From: Squalus acanthias
Lineage: Eukaryota
NCBI GenBank assembly: GCA_030390025.1
Contig: JASTWF010000639.1
Span: 62,001 to 125,538, forward strand
DNA: 63,538 bases
Direction: 5' to 3'
A program made the position numbers and the translations under genes. Every line of letters begins with the position of its first letter. Positions within the stretch are counted from its first letter, which is position 1. Shown here in pieces: positions 56,487 to 63,538 of the stretch. The notes beneath the pieces are model-generated. The model had not been told where the DNA came from. It saw only the letters and a program-made list of their open reading frames with translations, and searched no databases.

Positions 56487-57959
56487 ATCCCAATGGACCC
56501 AAACCTCTTTCCATTCACTCCCACTGTACACAATCCCAATGGACCCAAACCTCTTCCCATTCACTCCCACTGTACACAATCCCAATGGACCCAAACCCCT
56601 TCCCATTCACTCCCATTGTACACAATCCCAATGGACCCAAACCTCTTTCCATTCACTCCCACTGTACACAATCCCAATGGACCAAAACCCTTCCCATTCA
56701 CTCCCACTGTACACAATCCCGATGGACTAAAACCCCTTCCCATTCACTCCCACTGTACACAATCCCAATGGGCCCAAATCCCTTCCCATTCACTCCCACT
56801 GTACAGAATCCCAATGGACCAAACCCCTTCCCATTCACTCCCATTGTACACAATCCCAATGGACCAAACCCCTTCCCATTCACTCCCACTGTACACAATC
56901 CCGATGGACTAAAACCCCTTCCCATTCACTCCCACTGTACACAATCCCAATGGGCCCAAATCCCTTCCCATTCACTCCCACTGTGCACAATCCCAATGGA
57001 CCCAAACCTCTTTCCATTCACTCCCACTGTACACAATCCCAATGGACCCAAACCTCTTTCCATTCACTCCCACTGTACACAATCCCAATGGACCAAACCC
57101 CTTCCCATTAACTCCCACTGTACACAATCCCAATGGACCCAAACCCTTCCCATTCACTCCAATTGTACACAATCCCAATGGACCCAAACCCCTTCCCATT
57201 CACTCCCACTGTACACAATCCCAATGGACCCAAACACCTTCCCATTCACTCCCATTGTACACAATCCCAATGGACCCAAACCCCTTCCCATTCACTTCCA
57301 CTGTACACAAACCCAATGGACCCAAACCCCTTCCCGTTCACTCCCACTGTACACAATCCCAATGGACCCAAACCCCTCCCATTGTTCACAATCCCAATGG
57401 ACCCAAACCCCTCCCATTCACTCCCATTGTACACAACCCCCATCCCATTCACTCCCATTGTAAACAATCTCAATGGACCCAAACCCCATCCCATTCACTC
57501 CCATTGTTCACAATCCCAATGGACCCAAACCCCATCCCATTCACTCCCATTGTACACAACCTCCATCCCATTCACTCCCATTGTAAACAATGTCAATGGA
57601 CCCAAACCCCATCCCATTCACTCCCACTGTACACAATCCCAATGGACCCAAACCCCATCCCATTCACTCCCATTGTTCACAATCCCAATGGACCCAAACC
57701 CCTTCCCATTCACTTCCACTGTACACAATCCCAATGGACCCAACCCCTTCCCGTTCACTCCCACTGTACACAATCCCAATGGACCCAAACCCCTTCCAAT
57801 TCACTCCCATTGTACACAATCCCAATGGACCAAACCCCTTCCCATTCACTCCCACTGTACATAATCCCAATGGACCAAACCCCTTCCCATTCACTCCCAC
57901 TGTACACAATCCCAATGGACCCAAACCCCTTCCCTTTCACTCCCATTGTTCACAATTCC

Positions 57960-58542
57960 TGAAGTGGGACATCGGCGTCCTTCAGGAATTAAGGGGTTAA
58001 CAATGCAGCTTGCCCACTGGAAACGGTTGAGACATACCGGCGGAGACAGTTCAGACTCGCTGATCACAAGGTCTCAATGCTTTTCTAGATTAGATGAAAC
58101 TAGCCCAGAAGCACCAACTACAAACTATGGAACCTAGAGATCAGTAAAACCACACGGGGCACAGCGAGACAGAAATGCAAATATGTGGTTTGACTAAAAA
58201 TTACAAGCGGTAACAACAGAGTGAGCTCATAAAGACCAGGTGACACGAGCTAGAATAGAAATATAGGCGAACGGTTATGTGACACGAGATAGGGAATTAG
58301 TCAATCAGCAACTGTGCCCGCGGGCCTTGGGCCAATTAAAACAGTGTAATGGGATCGTGCACGGGACTGAGCTTGTATGATTAAGTGTATAAATCTGTAC
58401 TGTATACAAAAATCAGAGAGAGTGAGTGTAAAGACTGAGGTGGGACCTCAGGTGAAACTACCCTCCATTGCAAGTAAAAATAAAGACTTCTGATTTGTAC
58501 CCGACAGACTTGTGTCGAGTGTTGAATAAATACTCCACATCA
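57960..58542 (+). mobile_element. Second copy of the solo LTR
   Basis: Same length and junctions, offset 2056 bp. Confidence 0.75.
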
Positions 58543-59399
58543 ATCCCAATGGACCCAAACCTCTTTCCATTCACTCCCACTGTACACAATCCCAATGGAC
58601 CCAAACCCCTTCCCATTCACTCCCACTGTACACAATCCCAATGGACCCAAACCTCTTTCCATTCACTCCCATTGTACACAATCCCAATGGACCCAAACCT
58701 CTTTCCATTCACTCCCATTGTACACAATCCCAATGGACCGAAACCTCTTTCCATTCACTCCCACTGTACACAATCCCAATGGACCCAAACCTCTTTCCAT
58801 TCACTCCCACTGTACAGAATCCCAATGGACCGAAACCTCTTTCCATTCACTCCCATTGTACACAATCCCAATGGACCCAAACCCCTTCCCATTCACTCCC
58901 ATTGTACACAATCCCAATGGACCAAATGTTGTGCCCCAGAGGGCTGTGGATGCTCAGTCGTTGAGTATATCCAAGGCGGAGATTGATAGATTTTTGAGAG
59001 ATTAAGGGGGGGAATTTTTTGGGGGGAAAGGGTGAGCGGGCGCGTCCGGACCCCGGTGAACAGACCCAACACGCAGCAGCGGGGGAGGCAATTCAGGTCA
59101 TTATGACCTTGTTAACAGCCCATTAACAAGTATTTTGAGCTCACCATTACATTTTACCAGATCGCCCACAGGGTCCACGCTGCTCGGGGATCACGTCAGT
59201 AAAGCAGGGCAGGAGTTGAATGGCCAGGGTATCATCTCATTACTGGACAGCTTCAATGTACTATGAAAGCTCCCATCTCACAGCTGCTCACTTTCCAAGC
59301 TCAGAAGCTGTTGCTTACTGCATTTGGAAGACAGATTGAGCTTTATGCAGGTTGCAAGTGTTTGGAGCAAACTCTCTATCCAGTGTCACCTCATTGAAA

Positions 59400-60340
59400 C
59401 AACCTCAGAGTCAGAAGGTTGTGGGTTCAAGTCCCACTCCAGGGACTTGAGCACACAAAGCTACGCTGACACTCCAGTGCAGTGCTGAGGGAGCGCCGCA
59501 CTGTCGGAGGGGCGGTACTGAGGGAGCGCCGCACTGTCGGAGGGGCGGTACTGAGGGAGCGCCGCACTGTGGGAGGGGCGGTACTGAGGGAGTGCCGCAC
59601 TGTCGGAGGGGCGGTACTGAGGGAGCGCCGCACTGTGGGAGGGGCGGTACTGAGGGAGCGCCGCACTGTCGGAGGGGCGGTACTGAGGGAGCGCCGCACT
59701 GTCGGAGGGGCGGTACTGAGGGAGCGCCGCACTGTGGGAGGGGCGGTACTGAGGGAGTGCCGCACTGTCGGAGAGCGGTACTGAGGGAGCGCCGCACTGT
59801 CGGAGGGGCGGTACTGAGGGAGCGCCGCACTGTCGGAGGGGCGGTACTGAGGGAGCGCCGCACTGTCGGAGGGGCGGTACTGAGGGAGCGCCGCACTGTC
59901 GGAGGGGCGGTACTGAGGGAGCGCCGCACTGTCGGAGGGGCGGTACTGAGGGAGCGCCGCACTGTCGGAGGGGCGGTACTGAGGGAGCGCCGCACTGTCG
60001 GAGGGGCGGTACTGAGGGAGCGCCGCACTGTCGGAGGGGCGGTACTGAGGGAGCGCCGCGCTGTCGGAGGCTCCGTCTGCCCTCTCAGGCGGACGTAAAA
60101 GATCCCACGACCACTATTGTCCTGGGGCCAATATTTCTCCCTCAACCGAACAGCACTAAAAACAGATGATCTGGGTCATTATCACACGGCTGTTTGTGGG
60201 AGCTTGCTGTGCGCAAACGGGCTGCCGCCTTTCCTACATTACAACAGGGCCCACACTTCAAAAAAAGTACTTCATTGGCTGTGAAGCGCTTTGGGACGTC
60301 CTGAGGTGGTGAAAGGCGCTGGAGAGATGCGAGTCTTGAC
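59400..60340 (+). mobile_element. Deu-domain-like SINE with 33-bp array
   Basis: B-box GGTTCAAGTCC head, array about 59480-60070, body and L2-like tail. Confidence 0.78.
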
Positions 60341-60849
60341 TGACTGTCTTTCTTGAATTCTATGCCTCATTCAAGCAGGCACCTCTCCACACGCAGGGGT
60401 CTCGGGGGGTGGGGGGGCTCCTTGCATGCAACACGACGCCAGGTTTTGATGCCAGTGTTCCCCCAGCAACAGCTGCCCGCCCCCACCCCCCAGGCAGCCC
60501 AAGCTTGCAGGGGACTGAATTGACCCGGTCAATAAGGAAATGCAGCTTTTCCACCAGATGTTGGAGGTGGGCCAGGGCTTGGGGGGGGGGTGGGGGGAAA
60601 GCGCCCAATGCAGGAGCTCTCAAGCACGGCTCCCGGACGGGAACAAAACGAGCTTTGTTCTCCAAGTCAGGTCAAGAATGAAGCACAGTGCCAACAAAGT
60701 GAAGTAGTTTTGGAAGGAGTGGCTATGTACACACTAAGCTACGTCATAAGAGGGTGGGAATACATTTCCTCATCTCGCCCAGCTTCCCCGCATGCCTCTC
60801 CAACAATGTTGCCTTTAGCTTTCCTTTTTGGAGGCGCGGCAATATTTTA

Positions 60850-61645
60850 AGGGTGCCAAGGCCTTGGAGAGGGGGCGGAGGGGATTGACCAGAACGGTCT
60901 CAGGGATGAGGGACTTCAGTGATCTGGAGAAGCTGGGGTTGTTCTCCTTAGAGCAGAGAAGGTTAAGGGGAGGTTGACCAGAATGGTTCCAGGGGATGAG
61001 AGACTTCAGTGATGTGGAGAGACTGGAGAAGCTGGGGTTGTTCTCCTTAGAGCAGAGAAGGTTAAGGAGGAGATTGACCAGAATGGTCCCAGGGATGAGG
61101 GACTTCAGTGATGTGGAGAGACTGGAGAAGCTGGGGTTGTTCTCCTTAGAGCAGAGAAGGTTAAGGAGGAGATTGACCAGAATGGTCCCAGGGATGAGGG
61201 ACTTCAGTGATGTGGAGAGACTGGAGAAGCTGGGATTGTTCTCCTTAGAGCAGAGAAGGTTAAGGGGAGATTTAATAGAGGTGTTCAAAACCATGAGGGG
61301 TTTTGATGGAGTAAATAAGGAGAAACTGTTTCCAGTGGCAGGAGGGTCGGTAACCAGAGGACACAGATTGAAGATAATCGGCAAAAGAACCAGAGGGGGA
61401 GATGAGGAGAATTGTTTTTACGCAGCGAGTTGTTGTGATCTGGAACGCGCTGCCTGAAAGGGCGGTGGAAGCAGATTCAATCGTCACTTTCAAAAGGGGA
61501 ATTGGATAAATACTAGAAGGGGAAAAATTTGCAGGGCTGTGGGGAAAGAGCAGGAGGGGAGTGGGACTAATTGGAGAGCTCGTTCAAAGAGCCGGCACAG
61601 GCAGGATGGGCCCAATGGCCTCCTCCTGTGCGGTTTGATTCTCTG
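60850..61645 (+). mobile_element. CR1 3' fragment with 99-bp tandem expansion
   Basis: ([33 protein letters not shown])n. Confidence 0.88.
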
Positions 61646-61920
61646 ATTGGATGAAAAGGGTGGAGGGGTCCTTATTCGAAGGCGACAGCACTCTAGCAAT
61701 CCCTCTGTCGTGCAGCGTGGCAGGAGTCCAGAGTGGAGAAAGAGATAGCCAAGGCATCGAGCCAACAGGTTAAACTGCAAACAAACCCACGAGGCTTCGC
61801 TGAACTCCCGAGAGGTGATCCTCGATTCAGGGGAATGTCATTCCAATCCCCGAGTTGATGGATTTGGTCTGTATATTAGACATCAGACCTGTAGCAGTAT
61901 CAGCCATGGCACAGTGGGCT

Positions 61921-62815
61921 TAGAACCATAGAAAAATAGGAGCAGGAGTAGGCCATTCGGCCCTTCGAGCCTGCTCCGCCATTCAATATGATCATGGCTG
62001 ATCCTCTATCTCAATACCATACTCCCGCTCTCTCCCCATACCCCTTGATGTCTTTTGTGTCTAGAAATCTATCTATGTCCTTCTTAAATATATTCAGTGA
62101 CTTGGCCTCCACTGCCTTCTGTGGTAGAGAATTCCACAGATTCACCACCCTCTGAGTGAAGAAATTTCTCCTCATCTCAGTCCTAAATGTCCGACCCCGT
62201 ATCCTGAGACTGTGACCCCTCGTTCTAGACCCCCCCAGCCAGGGGAAACATCCTCCCTGCATCCAGTCTGTCTAGCCCTGTCAGAATGTTATACGTTTCA
62301 ATGAGATTCCCCTCTCATTCTTCTAAACTCTAGTGAATACAGGCCTAGTCGGCCCAATCTCTCCTCATCCGACAGTCCTGCCATCCCAGGAATCAGTCTG
62401 GTGAACCTTCGCTGCACTCCCTCTATGGCAAGTATATCCTGTCTTAGGTAAGGAGACCAAAACTGCACACAGTACTCCAGGTGTGGTCTCACCAAGGCCC
62501 TGTATAACTGTAGTAAGACATCCTTGCTCCTGTACTCAAATCCTCTTGCAACGAAGGCCAACATACCATCTGCCTTCCTAACTGCTTGCTGCACCGGCAT
62601 GTTTGCTTTCAGTGACTGGGGTACAAGGACACCCAGGTCCCTCTGTACATCAACATTTCCCAATCTATCACCATTTAAATAATACTCTGCCTTTCTGTTT
62701 TTCCTACCAAAGTGGATAACTTCACATTTATCCACGTTATACTGCATCTGCCATGTATCTGCCCGCTCACTCAAATCGCCTTGAAGCCTCTTTGCATCCT
62801 CCTCACAGCCCCACC
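61921..62815 (-). mobile_element. CR1 3' fragment
   Basis: [19 protein letters not shown]; 3' UTR hairpin and tail. Confidence 0.88.
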
Positions 62816-63429
62816 TTAGCACACTCTCTCTCTCTCACCTCCGAGTTAGAGGGTTGTGGGTTCAGGTCCCACTCCAGAGACCCGAGTAAAAAAATTCGAG
62901 GCTGACACACCCAATGCAGTAGTGAGGGACCCAACAAGGTTCGGCCCCATTTTCTGACAAACAAGTTTATCGACATTTCACAATCATTCATAGAATGGAA
63001 TCCCCTATTCATATCTTTCAGTCAGGCATTGCAAGCAGGTGATCTGCACGTAGATCGACGCACGGTGTGGGCACGATTGATTGCGTGCTCGCTGTCCCAG
63101 GCTAGTCCCATCCCAATCTTTCAGGATCTTCCCCTTCCCCGGCGTCCCAGGATCTTCCCCAGCTCCCACCCTCCATCCCACTCGAATTGCTGCTTGCATG
63201 TCAGCTCCCCTATCCCCAGTCCGCCGCCTGTTCAATCATATACAGCCTTACTTGGAAATGCTTTCAACGGCTCTTAAAGATAAGATGCTTCACCCAAGCT
63301 TTCAGTCTCTCACCCCCTCCCTCCATCTCTCCCCCGCCTAACTCGTTCTCTCTCCCCGCTCCCTTCCCGGCTTGTTTCCCATTGAGGGAGAACCGCTCTG
63401 CACCCAGCACCTGTAGACTCAGCTCTTAC

Positions 63430-63505
63430 CAGTCTGGAAGAACAGTCGGGGAATGAACAGGGAAGTAGGAAACACAGTATATGGTCCACAGCAAGAGTTA
63501 TATAG
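63430..63505 (-). promoter_or_regulatory. Candidate TATA box and short non-coding first exon upstream of B4GALT3-like
   Basis: TATATAA at 63504-63498 and donor CTG|gtaaga at 63430/63429 on the minus strand, in unique sequence. Confidence 0.3.
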
Positions 63506-63538
63506 CACAGGGGAGGAGTCGGGGGGAGGAGAGAGGGG

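Larger units (their letters stand above)
54777..58926. repeat. 46-bp satellite interrupted by two solo LTRs
   Basis: CCCTTCCCATTCACTCCCACTGTACACAATCCCAATGGACCCAAAC in tandem. Confidence 0.95.

Noticed and set aside
55904-58542. Full-length LTR retrotransposon or provirus
   Set aside because: No PBS, PPT, gag or pol; the interior is satellite and both LTRs share the same junctions.
54728-59005. Multiple long ORFs with PNGPKP/TIPMDP repeats
   Set aside because: 46-bp satellite with overlapping ORFs in all frames.
59003-59400. Second Harbinger-like element starting ttaaggggggg-aatttt
   Set aside because: Only one possible terminus; no matching TIR or TSD found by eye.

Overview
Eukaryotic, repeat-dense vertebrate DNA, most likely a cartilaginous fish (shark). 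That call is inferred from HE1-like V-SINE, DeuSINE, CR1/HER1-like, L2, RTE, Tx1 and Penelope repeats. Splicing exons by hand gives two genes. (1) On the + strand, a complete Siglec-family receptor: 8 coding exons at 10038-40370, 545 aa. It has a signal peptide, a V-set domain with the sialic-acid-binding Arg, three C2-type Ig domains, an uncharged TM segment and a tail with ITIM/ITSM motifs. A near-identical copy of its last four exons lies at 2153-7273, just before an assembly gap. (2) On the - strand, tail-to-tail with the Siglec, an intact B4GALT3-like beta-1,4-galactosyltransferase: 6 coding exons at 54294-42842, 356 aa. The introns hold nested transposons with readable target-site duplications (TSDs), a Penelope-type minimal hammerhead ribozyme motif, and a degenerate tRNA-Lys with a CTC anticodon whose 3' end is the target of a CR1 insertion. 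There is also a solo LTR duplicated inside a satellite and many minisatellites that are tandem amplifications of fixed internal segments of LINEs and SINEs. The long repetitive ORFs in the ORF track are artefacts of these arrays. All coordinates were read by eye; repeat boundaries are approximate unless a TSD is quoted.
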